Positions 20,248 to 28,920 of a DNA stretch of 64,000 nucleotides are shown one piece after another. Within the stretch, counting starts at the first letter, position 1; each line of letters starts with the position of its first letter. Origin of the DNA: an uncultured Pseudomonadota bacterium (GTDB lineage: Bacteria > Oederibacteriota > Muellerivitia > Muellerivitales > Muellerivitaceae). The notes beneath the pieces were generated by a model, which had not been told where the DNA came from, made no database searches, and saw nothing but the letters and a program-made list of their open reading frames with translations. The position numbers and the translations under genes were made by a program. Where the stretch lies: the NCBI GenBank assembly GCA_963770835.1, contig CAVYRH010000003.1, positions 356,504 to 420,503 of the forward strand, given 5' to 3'.

Positions 20248-21351
20248 GTGATGGACAACCACCCAAGCCTTAACTTCTCCGGCGGCCCGGGAGCCCTGCC
20301 CCACCAAGTGCTGGTGGAGGCCAGCGAAGCCATCCTTCGGGCGCCCGGGACCAAACAGTCCATCCTGGGGATCAGCCATCGGTCCGATTACTTCAAGGCC
20401 ATCCTCCAGGAATCGGAAAAAATATTCCGGGAACTCCTGAGCATTCCTCCCGATTATCACGTCCTCCAGCTCCAGGGCGGCAGCAGCCTGCAATTCTCCA
20501 TGATTCCCATGTTGCTCCTGCGCGGGAAAGGGAAGACAGCCGAGTACCTAAAGACGGGATATTGGAGCGCCAAGTCCATTCCGGACGCGCGCCTGGAAGG
20601 GGCGGTTCGGGTGCTTTATGACGGCGAGGGCGGCGGCTATACCCGGCTGCCGGAAGAGGGTGAGCTTAACCATGACCCCCAAGCGGCTTATTTCCACTAC
20701 GTCTCCAATGAAACGGTGGAAGGACTGCAATTCCGTTATCTTCCCGGTTTAAAGCGTGTACCGCGCGTCTGCGACATGTCCTCGGACTTTTTAAGCTATC
20801 CCTTTGACATCAAGGACTTCAGCATCGTTTACGCCCACGCCCAAAAGAACCTGGGGCCGGCGGGGTTGACCCTGGTGATCCTCAAGGACGAGCTCTTAAA
20901 GGGCGCCCCGGAGCATTTACCCAGCATGCTCGATTACCGAAACCATGCGGAAATGGGATCCATCTACAACACCCCGCCCGTTTTCGCCATTTATGTCACC
21001 CTGCTGATTGCACGCTGGCTGAGGGACAGTATCGGCGGACTTGAGAAAATGGCGGCCCTGAACGAAAGAAAGGCCCAGGCCCTCTACGGCCTATTGGACG
21101 AGCATCCCGGATTCTTCCGGGTTCACGGAGCAAAGAAAGACCGGTCCCTGATGAACGTGGTTTTCCGCCTGCCGAGCCCCGAGATGGACCAGGCCTTCCT
21201 GGAAGATGCCTCCGCCGCCGGTTTTTACGGCCTGGAAGGCCACCGGTCCCTGGGGGGCTTAAGGGCTTCCCTCTATAACGCCGTGACGCAAGAGGACGTA
21301 AACCGGCTTCTGGAGTTCATGAAGGGGTTTCGAAAGCGGCATTCGAAATGA
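20248..21351 (+). CDS. serC: Phosphoserine aminotransferase
   Basis: NFS.GP..LP, SHRS, DMSS, AQKNLGPAG, NTPP, GHRS.GG.RAS.YNA. Confidence 0.95.
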   Translation: MMDNHPSLNFSGGPGALPHQVLVEASEAILRAPGTKQSILGISHRSDYFKAILQESEKIFRELLSIPPDYHVLQLQGGSSLQFSMIPMLLLRGKGKTAEYLKTGYWSAKSIPDARLEGAVRVLYDGEGGGYTRLPEEGELNHDPQAAYFHYVSNETVEGLQFRYLPGLKRVPRVCDMSSDFLSYPFDIKDFSIVYAHAQKNLGPAGLTLVILKDELLKGAPEHLPSMLDYRNHAEMGSIYNTPPVFAIYVTLLIARWLRDSIGGLEKMAALNERKAQALYGLLDEHPGFFRVHGAKKDRSLMNVVFRLPSPEMDQAFLEDASAAGFYGLEGHRSLGGLRASLYNAVTQEDVNRLLEFMKGFRKRHSK

Positions 21352-21406
21352 AATAATGATAGGCATTTATTTTCGGAACTATTACTTGACGTATAAAGAT
21401 AAAAAA

Positions 21407-21501
21407 CCCCTCGCCCCTTGGGGGAGAGGGTAGGGTGAGGGGTGAATTTTGCTTGTCAAAACCACCCTCATCCCGTCCTTCTTCCCTCGAGGGAGAAGGG
21501 G
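21407..21501. repeat. CCCTCACCC/GGGAGAGGG palindromic REP-like pair
   Basis: Same family as 15150-15240. Confidence 0.75.
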
Positions 21502-21591
21502 AAGCGAACGGCAATAAGCCTTTACCTTGGAAATGTATGTGAGGGGAATAGTTCCGTTTATTTTTACCAAACGACTCTGGGAGAGAAAGCC

Positions 21592-21990
21592 ATGATTAAC
21601 GGCGCACACGTTATCGTTTATTCCGAAAAACCCGAGAAGGACCGCGAATTCTTCCAGAACGTTTTGAAGTTTCCTCACATCGATGTCGGCGGGGGCTGGC
21701 TGATATTCGGCTTGCCGCCCTCCGAAGCCGCCTTCCATCCGGGCAAGAACAGCGACCATGAACTCTACCTCATGTGCGATGACGTGAAGGCTTTTATGGA
21801 TGAAATGAAAGAAAAAGAGATCGAATGTTCCCCCGTTCATGAGGAGAGATGGGGTTCGCTTACGACCCTCACGCTTCCAGGCGGGGGCAAAATCGGCGTC
21901 TACCAACCCAAGCATGGGCGCCCGCCGTCCGCCAATACCCTGAAACGCGCCCAAAAGAAAAGCAAGAAAAAGCCAAACCGCAATCGTTAA
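21592..21990 (+). CDS. VOC/glyoxalase family protein
   Basis: GAHVI.YS, DVGGGWLIF.LPP, WG....LPGGG..G.YQP. Confidence 0.85.
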   Translation: MINGAHVIVYSEKPEKDREFFQNVLKFPHIDVGGGWLIFGLPPSEAAFHPGKNSDHELYLMCDDVKAFMDEMKEKEIECSPVHEERWGSLTTLTLPGGGKIGVYQPKHGRPPSANTLKRAQKKSKKKPNRNR

Positions 21991-22013
21991 ATAATCGGCT
22001 GTTGGTCGATAAC

Positions 22014-23372
22014 TTATTTTAAAGGCGGTCCCGTCAAATGTTCGAAAACTACTGGCGGGGCGGTCTTCAGGGGTTCCAGGTTGGGCACCCCGCCCTTCAT
22101 CACCCGGGCCAGGTTTTCCGCTTTCCTCGCCTCAATTTGAAAATCCATTTCCTTGCGCGCGAGGCTGGCAAGCCCGGTGGCCTCGGAAGTTATGAGCGAG
22201 TTCTTGCGAAGCCTCCGGAAATAACCGTAGTGGTTGATGTTGGCGACCTTCCCGGCCCAGACCGCGCGGGTTAGGAGTTCAAAGTCCCCGCTGAATTTAA
22301 GCCCCGACGCAAACCCCCCCAGGTGTTTCAGGAAGTCCTTCGAAATGACGCTGCTTGGATAACAGAAGGGAAACCGGAAGGAGGCTTGGGGTGCGGAATT
22401 CAAGTCCAGGGGATAGCGAACGGCGTGGATGGAGTCATCGAAATACATGAACTCGTGGGTACCAATCCATTCGGCCGCGGTCCTTTCGGCCTCGGACAAA
22501 AGCAGCTCCAGCCTGTCCACGGAGGACCAATCGTCGGCGTCCTGGAACATGTAACCGTCGAAATCCGTCCGGCCGATAGCCGACTGGAGTATCCGGTAGG
22601 GACCGGAATTCTCGGATGATCGAAGAAGGGTGACCTGGCTGAATCGCCTTACGATTTCAATGGGAGAGACGGGCGAGGCATCGTCCAGCACCGCAATGGC
22701 GTCCGGGGGCCGGGTTTGGCGCGTGAGGCTGTCCAGGCATTGGTCCAACCATTCCAGGCAGTCATAGTGAGGCACCAGGGCCAGGATCCTGGACTTGGCT
22801 GTCAGTGTGGGTGCGGCGCTTATGGCTTTGGGTTTTTCGGGGCCGGCTGGCGCGGCCAAGTAGGGGATATGAAAACCTTTGGTTTGAGTAATGCGTTCAA
22901 AGGCCCGCAGGTCGAGGCTTCTTTGGTCCCCGAGGGGAAGTTGAAGCAGGGAGGGGTTGGATACCCAGCCGAAGGCTGGATGTACCAGACGGGCCCATTG
23001 GGTATCCGGCAGGGAAACCGGGGGTATCCAGGGGCGCAAGAAAGGGCCGCTTTGACCCGCTTTTTCCATGTCATCAAGGGGCGGGGGGCAATAGGGGGCG
23101 TTGGCAGGTAAGTAGGCGAAAAAGGGTGTTTGGATATGCTGAGGCAGGTCGTGGCAGAGGCTTTGGACCTCGAGGACTTCGACCCGGTGAAGGATGGCCG
23201 CGACCTTGGCCTGGGCCTTAGGTTTTAGACCGGGAGGGCATGCGATCAATACTTTTGAGGGCGCGGGCTGGTTGTCATAAAGGGCTTGGCCGAGCTTGGC
23301 GGCGAGAAAATCCAGGTTTTCCCCCGCCTCAAAGACAATTGTGGTCTTCAAAAAAGCATCGTCGGACGGCAT
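22014..23372 (-). CDS. Glycosyltransferase family 2 protein
   Basis: CLDSL..QT, LDDAS, FQDADD, D.EL..R. Confidence 0.85.
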   Translation of the reverse strand: MPSDDAFLKTTIVFEAGENLDFLAAKLGQALYDNQPAPSKVLIACPPGLKPKAQAKVAAILHRVEVLEVQSLCHDLPQHIQTPFFAYLPANAPYCPPPLDDMEKAGQSGPFLRPWIPPVSLPDTQWARLVHPAFGWVSNPSLLQLPLGDQRSLDLRAFERITQTKGFHIPYLAAPAGPEKPKAISAAPTLTAKSRILALVPHYDCLEWLDQCLDSLTRQTRPPDAIAVLDDASPVSPIEIVRRFSQVTLLRSSENSGPYRILQSAIGRTDFDGYMFQDADDWSSVDRLELLLSEAERTAAEWIGTHEFMYFDDSIHAVRYPLDLNSAPQASFRFPFCYPSSVISKDFLKHLGGFASGLKFSGDFELLTRAVWAGKVANINHYGYFRRLRKNSLITSEATGLASLARKEMDFQIEARKAENLARVMKGGVPNLEPLKTAPPVVFEHLTGPPLK

Positions 23373-23380
23373 GAGGAAAC

Positions 23381-25576
23381 CTAATTTCTGGAGGTTTCTT
23401 CCGGTCCCCCATCCGGGCGAAGGTCATATAACTGCAGGTTCGCCAGACCCCCCCGGCGGCCCCCAAAGCCCCCGGGTAATCCCGGGCCTCCGGCCTGGGG
23501 CGCGGTCGGCGCCGGAGGCAGGGCGGGTTTCCATAGCGCCGGGTCCACCGGCTTCCCGTGCTCCCTGACCCATTTGGCGATGTCGGCCTGGGTGCCTCCG
23601 CGTCCAAACCCGCCAAAGCCCCCGGCATTGCCCCCGAAGCCCCGGTTGGCAGCCCCACCGGGCCTTGCCTGGTTCTGGTTGGGTTCGTTTAAAAGCATAT
23701 ACCGGAACCGCCCCTCTTGCACCATTTGGGCGAATTGGTTGGCGGTGAGGATGGGGTCCCCACCCATGAAACCGCCGATCGCCACCGCGGGTTCGCCGGT
23801 TTGGATGATGATGGGGGCCACCAATTGGCTGTTTTGGGCCACGACCAGATATTGCTCCCCTTGGCGGTGGGCCCTCAGGAAATCCAGGAGTTTGGCGTTG
23901 TTCAGGTTTTGCTCAAAGCCCCGGAACATTCCCTGGCGGGTTCCATTCAACAAATCTGGATTGGCTTCCACGGATTGACCCGATCCCAGGATGGGCGTCA
24001 GGGCCCAAAACAAGGGGCAGAGAAATAGGGAACAAAGCCCAAGGCCTCCGAGAACCTTGAGCCAGGAAATCTTTGGGGATTTGGAACCCAGATAGGAAAG
24101 GCCCCCAATGGAGATAGCCACACCTAAGAGAAGGATGGGCAAGAGCAAGGAACGCCAATCCGGGTACTGAAAAACGATGAAGGATTGCCATGCGGCGGTT
24201 AAAAGAAGACCCAGGGGAAGAAGCCTCTTCCCCTCCTCAAAGTCCAGCCACAAAGCCCGAAGCCCGATGCCCGCAAGTGAAGCTATCGCGGGAACCATAA
24301 GGACCAGGTAGTAAGGATGCATGGCCCCCCGCATGAAGCTGAACACGGCGGCGTAGGTCAAGAACCAGACCAGCCAAAACACCAAGACTTGATGGGTGGG
24401 TGATAGGGGCCAAGTCCAGGGCGTCCGCCGGGCGGCGGCCCAGAAGCCCAGGAGGGCCAAGGGGAGGAACCAGGTCACCTGGCCCGCCAGGTTTTTATCC
24501 GCCAGCCTCAACGGACCCGGAGTGCCGTTGCCCATGAAGCCGCCCCCACGGCGGCCTGGGCCCTGCGTGGCAGGCCCGGCCACTGGGTTGGCCGGACCCG
24601 CCATTGGGCTGGGAGAAGAGGAGGACACGGCTTCCTGCGGAGGAGTGGCTTGGACTGGTGCCGAGCCCATTTGGGTAGGGTTGGCTGCGGGGTTGTTGGG
24701 GAAGCCGGGGCGCTGGGGCCTTCCGCCCCGACCCCTAGCCAAGAGGCGCTGGAAGCCGTTCCAGCCCAGGGAAAGACTGATCATGGAATTGTCCTGGGTG
24801 CTTCCCACAAAGGGCCGCTGTTCCGGGGGCGTCAGGTCCACGGCCAAGGGCCAGGAAAGGGCCACGATTAGGAGGATCAGGGTACCGATGAAAAGGGCCC
24901 AAAGGCGCTTGAACCAGTGGAGCTTAACCCCGGCATGGTAGGCCAGGTAAAAGGCAGGCAGGACCACGAAGGCCGCCATCATTTTAGTGTTGAAACCCAC
25001 ACCGACCAGTACGAGGGCGAGGTAAAGAAACCGGCGGCTTCCGGTTTCCACCGCATGGATCAGGGCCCAGGCCGCCAGGAGCAATACCAAGACCAGGCAG
25101 GCGTCCGTGTTGTTGTAGCGGTCCACCGCCACGCTGACGGGGGAGAAGGCCATCACCAAGGCCGAGGCCAGGGCAGCCCAGGAACCGAACCGTCGGCGGA
25201 CCAGGTGGTAAACCAAAACCAGGGCGCCCAAGCCTTCCAACACCTGGGGAAGGATGAGGCTAAAGCCCCGGTAGCCGAGGAGCTTCGCAAAGGCCGTTTG
25301 AATCCACAGGGAAACCGGGGGTTTGTCCACGGTGACGAAACCAACGGGGTCGAAGGAAACGAAGAAGAAATTGTGCCAATTCATCAGCATGCTGCGGACG
25401 CAGGCGGCGTAATAGGGGTTGCCGGTGCCGTTTTGGTCGATCCTCCAGAGGCGCATAAAGGCCGCCGCAAGTATAATGACGGCCAGCAAAAGCCATTCCC
25501 TAAGATCCGGATTCGGGACGGTTGCTTTGGCCTTGGCGAAAGTGTCGTCGGAAGGTTGGGGCCCGGTCGTTACCAT
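23381..25576 (-). CDS. ArnT/PMT-like (GT39/GT83) membrane glycosyltransferase
   Basis: N.YYAA.V.SM, DKPP..LW, GFNTKM, IGGF.G.DP. Confidence 0.88.
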   Translation of the reverse strand: MVTTGPQPSDDTFAKAKATVPNPDLREWLLLAVIILAAAFMRLWRIDQNGTGNPYYAACVRSMLMNWHNFFFVSFDPVGFVTVDKPPVSLWIQTAFAKLLGYRGFSLILPQVLEGLGALVLVYHLVRRRFGSWAALASALVMAFSPVSVAVDRYNNTDACLVLVLLLAAWALIHAVETGSRRFLYLALVLVGVGFNTKMMAAFVVLPAFYLAYHAGVKLHWFKRLWALFIGTLILLIVALSWPLAVDLTPPEQRPFVGSTQDNSMISLSLGWNGFQRLLARGRGGRPQRPGFPNNPAANPTQMGSAPVQATPPQEAVSSSSPSPMAGPANPVAGPATQGPGRRGGGFMGNGTPGPLRLADKNLAGQVTWFLPLALLGFWAAARRTPWTWPLSPTHQVLVFWLVWFLTYAAVFSFMRGAMHPYYLVLMVPAIASLAGIGLRALWLDFEEGKRLLPLGLLLTAAWQSFIVFQYPDWRSLLLPILLLGVAISIGGLSYLGSKSPKISWLKVLGGLGLCSLFLCPLFWALTPILGSGQSVEANPDLLNGTRQGMFRGFEQNLNNAKLLDFLRAHRQGEQYLVVAQNSQLVAPIIIQTGEPAVAIGGFMGGDPILTANQFAQMVQEGRFRYMLLNEPNQNQARPGGAANRGFGGNAGGFGGFGRGGTQADIAKWVREHGKPVDPALWKPALPPAPTAPQAGGPGLPGGFGGRRGGLANLQLYDLRPDGGPEETSRN

Positions 25577-25622
25577 GACATTGTAGACGCGCTTCTTGAC
25601 CTTGCCGGGTCAGTCTGGCTGT

Positions 25623-25776
25623 TGAATATGTTAAGTTTGACCACGGCATTTCACCCTCACCCCGCCCTCTCCCCTCAAGGGAGAGGGGGAAACACCGCTA
25701 AAAACCCTCGCCCCTTGGGGGAGAGGGTAGGGTGAGGGGTGCCTTAATGTCGTCCGACTGAAACTGAGACATTACC
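25623..25776. mobile_element. MITE-like element with palindromic core; left TIR degenerate
   Basis: Core 25652-25741; right end GAAACTGAGACATTACC matches TIRs at 57377 and 58238. Confidence 0.55.
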
Positions 25777-25821
25777 GGGGGTTCATTCGTCTGAATTCAA
25801 TCCGTTTCGAAAGGTAAAATC

Positions 25822-26514
25822 ATGAAAGCTCGTTTTCTCGTCGCGGCGGTGATGGTCGTATGGCTGGGGCAACCCGTTTGGGCCCAGGAAACCATACCTT
25901 CCGAGACGCCCACGCCCGCCATCCCCAAACCGGAGTCAATCCCGGTCAAGGAAAGGATTCCGGATGGCAGACGATTCGGCCTTCCGCGGCCGCCCTCCAA
26001 ATACGTTGACGGAACTTCGATGGACCTTGAGATCGACGTGGACAATCCCCCTTTCGGCCCCGCGATCATGAACCTGGGTGAAACCTCCACCTTGGCCCAG
26101 GTTCCGACGGTCAATAAAAACGACAACTCTTCGGGAAAATACTATTGGCATCCCTTCGAGAGTTGGAACTATTGCCATTTTCCAACGGACAACCGCCATT
26201 GGTACGGCTGGCGGACGGGGAATACCTTCCACTGGGTTTTATGGTGGCAAGGCCGCCTTTGGTGGCGGGATGACTACGCGGACCGGTGGCTTTATTTCAA
26301 CAGGGGTTATTGGTGGTGGCAGAACCCCCGGAAGGGCGGAGGTTTCCAGGTTTTCCTGCCCGACGGGCATTACCACGTTTGCGACGCCAACGGCGCCTTG
26401 GGGGACGATTTAATGCGGACCGGCAAGGAAGAAGTGGTGACGGAGCCGGTTGCCAAGCCTAGCCCCAGCCCGACACCTGGCGGTAAACACGGTGGGCGCC
26501 ACCACAGAAGCTAA
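25822..26514 (+). CDS. Hypothetical secreted Trp-rich protein
   Basis: Signal peptide; WYGW/WWW-rich central region. Confidence 0.65.
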   Translation: MKARFLVAAVMVVWLGQPVWAQETIPSETPTPAIPKPESIPVKERIPDGRRFGLPRPPSKYVDGTSMDLEIDVDNPPFGPAIMNLGETSTLAQVPTVNKNDNSSGKYYWHPFESWNYCHFPTDNRHWYGWRTGNTFHWVLWWQGRLWWRDDYADRWLYFNRGYWWWQNPRKGGGFQVFLPDGHYHVCDANGALGDDLMRTGKEEVVTEPVAKPSPSPTPGGKHGGRHHRS

Positions 26515-26577
26515 TCCGAGGGTGTATACAGGGCCAAACTGGCCGTCTGCATCCCGTGTACCGAATCAACTGGTCCG

Positions 26578-26795
26578 TACAACCATTCATACCGTACAAA
26601 TACCATTTATACCGTCGCTAATACCATTTGTACCGCCATTAATACCGAGCTCATACCGTTCATACCGGGGCTAATACCGTTTATACAACCACTAATACCG
26701 ACTCATACCGCATTTATACCGGGTTCATACCGGACAAATACCATTTGTACCGCTGCTAATACCATTCATACCACCATTAATACCTAGCAAATACC
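26578..26795 (+). repeat. Phased TACC motif array (19 TACC + 2 TACA, spacing 9-12 bp, mean ~10.6)
   Basis: Motif starts counted at 26578, 26590, 26601, 26610, 26622 ... 26769, 26781, 26792; ends 2 bp before repeat R1. Confidence 0.9.
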
Positions 26796-26797
26796 GG

Positions 26798-26834
26798 CCT
26801 GCACATGCCTGTCGCAAAAAGGATAGTGTGCAAC
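26798..26834 (+). repeat. 37-bp array repeat R1 (variant A)
   Basis: CCTGCACATGCCTGTCGCAAAAAGGATAGTGTGCAAC. Confidence 0.97.
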
Positions 26835-26835
26835 C

Positions 26836-27318
26836 GAAGTGGTGTCGGGTGAGAATCTTAAAGGTGAAAAACTTACCGGCGGTGAAATAGCAGTTGCGGC
26901 ACTAAGTGTGGTTCCTACCGAAGGCATTTTGGCAAAACTGGGAAGTTTAATTAAAGACCTTCCCTTGGTTGGGAAGTTGTTTTTAAAAGAGGGAGGCTTA
27001 GAAGCCAAGAGTGCAATTGCGAGTGTAAAACTTAAAAATCAGTTAGTAGCGGCAGAAATAGCTGGTGGGCATGCGTTCAAAGACCACGTTGCCCAATTCA
27101 GTCACCTTGGTGTAAACACGAGGGAAGAATTTGCAGCTCATATAGAAGGTGTGATTAATAATCCCACAGAAGTTAAGTCGCTTGCAAATGGTAGAACAGC
27201 ATATTTTGACTCGAATACTGGAACTGTAGTTATCAGAAATCCCAATGCGGGACAGGAAGGAACTGCGTTTATTCCAGATCGTGTTACTCCAAAGGAATAT
27301 TTTAATGGCTTACATTGA
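26836..27318 (+). pseudogene. 5'-truncated polymorphic toxin C-terminal tip (CdiA/Rhs-CT-like, probable RNase)
   Basis: GHAF..HV, GRTAY.D...GTVVIRNP....GTAF.P; frame begins at R1 with no N-terminal delivery domain. Confidence 0.65.
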
Positions 27319-27634
27319 TCGTGCTGGCGATGAAGGAGGTCGTTTGACGGAAACGGAAGCCGGGATTATTAAGGAATGTCTTATAGCTGCTGTCAAAGGG
27401 CCTTTTTTTCCGGAGTATGTGTTTCAAACTATTATTGGTTGGGACCGTGTAGAAGTTGATTCGGTACTTCGTCAGTGGCCGCAAAATAGTAATGATCCTA
27501 AAGTTAGGATGATCGTAAAAAATGTTTTGTTAAATCTTTTTGCCTATCCTCACCATAAAGAAGAGGAATTGAAAAAATATATTTCGACAGATGCAAATGA
27601 AATACGGCAATTAGGTAAAAAAATTGGTGAATAA
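27305..27634 (+). CDS. Putative cognate immunity protein
   Basis: Small ORF overlapping the toxin stop codon. Confidence 0.55.
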   Translation: MAYIDRAGDEGGRLTETEAGIIKECLIAAVKGPFFPEYVFQTIIGWDRVEVDSVLRQWPQNSNDPKVRMIVKNVLLNLFAYPHHKEEELKKYISTDANEIRQLGKKIGE

Positions 27635-27662
27635 AAAACACGTATGGTCGCAGACTAAAAAA

Positions 27663-27699
27663 CCTGCACATGCCTGTCGCAAAAAGGATAGTGTGCAAC
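27663..27699 (+). repeat. 37-bp array repeat R2 (variant A)
   Basis: Identical to R1. Confidence 0.97.
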
Positions 27700-27721
27700 T
27701 GAAGTCGAACGGGCATGCCTT

Positions 27722-28760
27722 TGACCGGCCCCCCAAGTTTGTGCCACCAATTAAGTCACTCCCGGAGTAGGAGTTCCTGAGGTCGTCATGGGCAAGGTGT
27801 TGCCTTTGGGCCCCATGACGACCGCCTCCGGGGCAGGCGGTTTATACCCCAGAGAGCTGTGCGGCCGTTTCGTATTGTACTCCTTCCTCCACCTCTCAGC
27901 GAGCACTCGGCCTTCCCACACCGTGTCGAGCAGTTCGCCGTTCAATAGTTCGTCCCTGAATTTGCCGTTGAAGCTTTCGTTATAGCCGTTCTCCCAAGGG
28001 CTTCCCGGTTCGATGAAAAGGGTCTTTACTCCCACCTTCGGGAGCCAGTCCTTCACCCTCTCCGCTGTGAATTCAGGCCCATTGTCGGAGCGGATGTGCT
28101 CCGGCACTCCCCGTTGGACGAACAAGTCCGTCAGCACTGCCTGCACGTCGTCCGCCGTAAACTTCCGAGCTACCGGCAGGGCCAGGCATTCACGGGTGAA
28201 CTCATCGATCAGCGTCAGGAACCGAAGAGGCCGTCCGTCGCTGGTCCTCTCGGCGACGAAGTCATAGCTCCAAACGTGGTTGGGGTGTTCCGCCCTCAAC
28301 CTGACACAGGAACCATCCGTAAACCACAACCTCCTTCGTTTCGGCTGTTTTTTCGGTACTTTCAACCCTTCCTGCTTCCAAATCCTTTCCACCCGCTTCT
28401 TGTTGACCCTCCAGCCCTCCTCCTGAAGCATCTTGGTAATCCGCTTATACCCATACCGCCCGTACTGGCAGGCCAGCCGGAGAATGGCGGTCGTCAGGAG
28501 GTCCTCATCGGGCAGGATCTGAGGGATATATCGCTGGGTGCTCCGGGGTTGGCCGAGGGCCCGGCATACGCGCCGCTGGGAGGCTCGGTGGGTTTCACAC
28601 GCTTCCCGAACCGCTTTTCGGCGCTTTTCCGGGCTTAGGAGTTTCCCCGGGCCAAGTCTTTCAGGATGCGGTTATCCAGGGAGAGGTCGGCCACCACCCG
28701 CTTGAGCTGGGTATTCTCTTTCTCCAATTCCTTTAGGCGTTTGGCCTGGTCCAGCTTGAG
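27722..28760 (-). mobile_element. IS3-family element truncated at its left end
   Basis: orfB DDE motifs (WSYDF, SDNGPEF, GSPWENG..ESFNG), orfA tail LKLDQAKRLKELEKEN, probable IR TGACCGGCCCCCC at 27722; orfA cut at R3. Confidence 0.92.
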
Positions 28761-28797
28761 CCTGCACATGGCCCTCCCAAAAAGGATGGTGTGCAAC
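28761..28797 (+). repeat. 37-bp array repeat R3 (variant B)
   Basis: CCTGCACATGGCCCTCCCAAAAAGGATGGTGTGCAAC; 5 substitutions vs variant A. Confidence 0.95.
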
Positions 28798-28841
28798 TTT
28801 GAAAGCCTTTGAGTTAATTATTGGTTTCAATAGGATTTAAA

Positions 28842-28857
28842 GGTGACTTAAGTCACA
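28842..28857. promoter_or_regulatory. Crp/Fnr-family (HcpR/CRP-type) binding site
   Basis: gGTGA-cttaag-TCACA upstream of norB. Confidence 0.7.
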
Positions 28858-28920
28858 GTATTGTTGAGAATTATGTCTTAAAAAGAATACGAATTTTAAT
28901 ATCTTGGCGGGAGGCGGCTG

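Noticed and set aside
26450..26674. ORF over the TACC array
   Set aside because: Low-complexity by-product of the repeat; motif spacing does not preserve frame.
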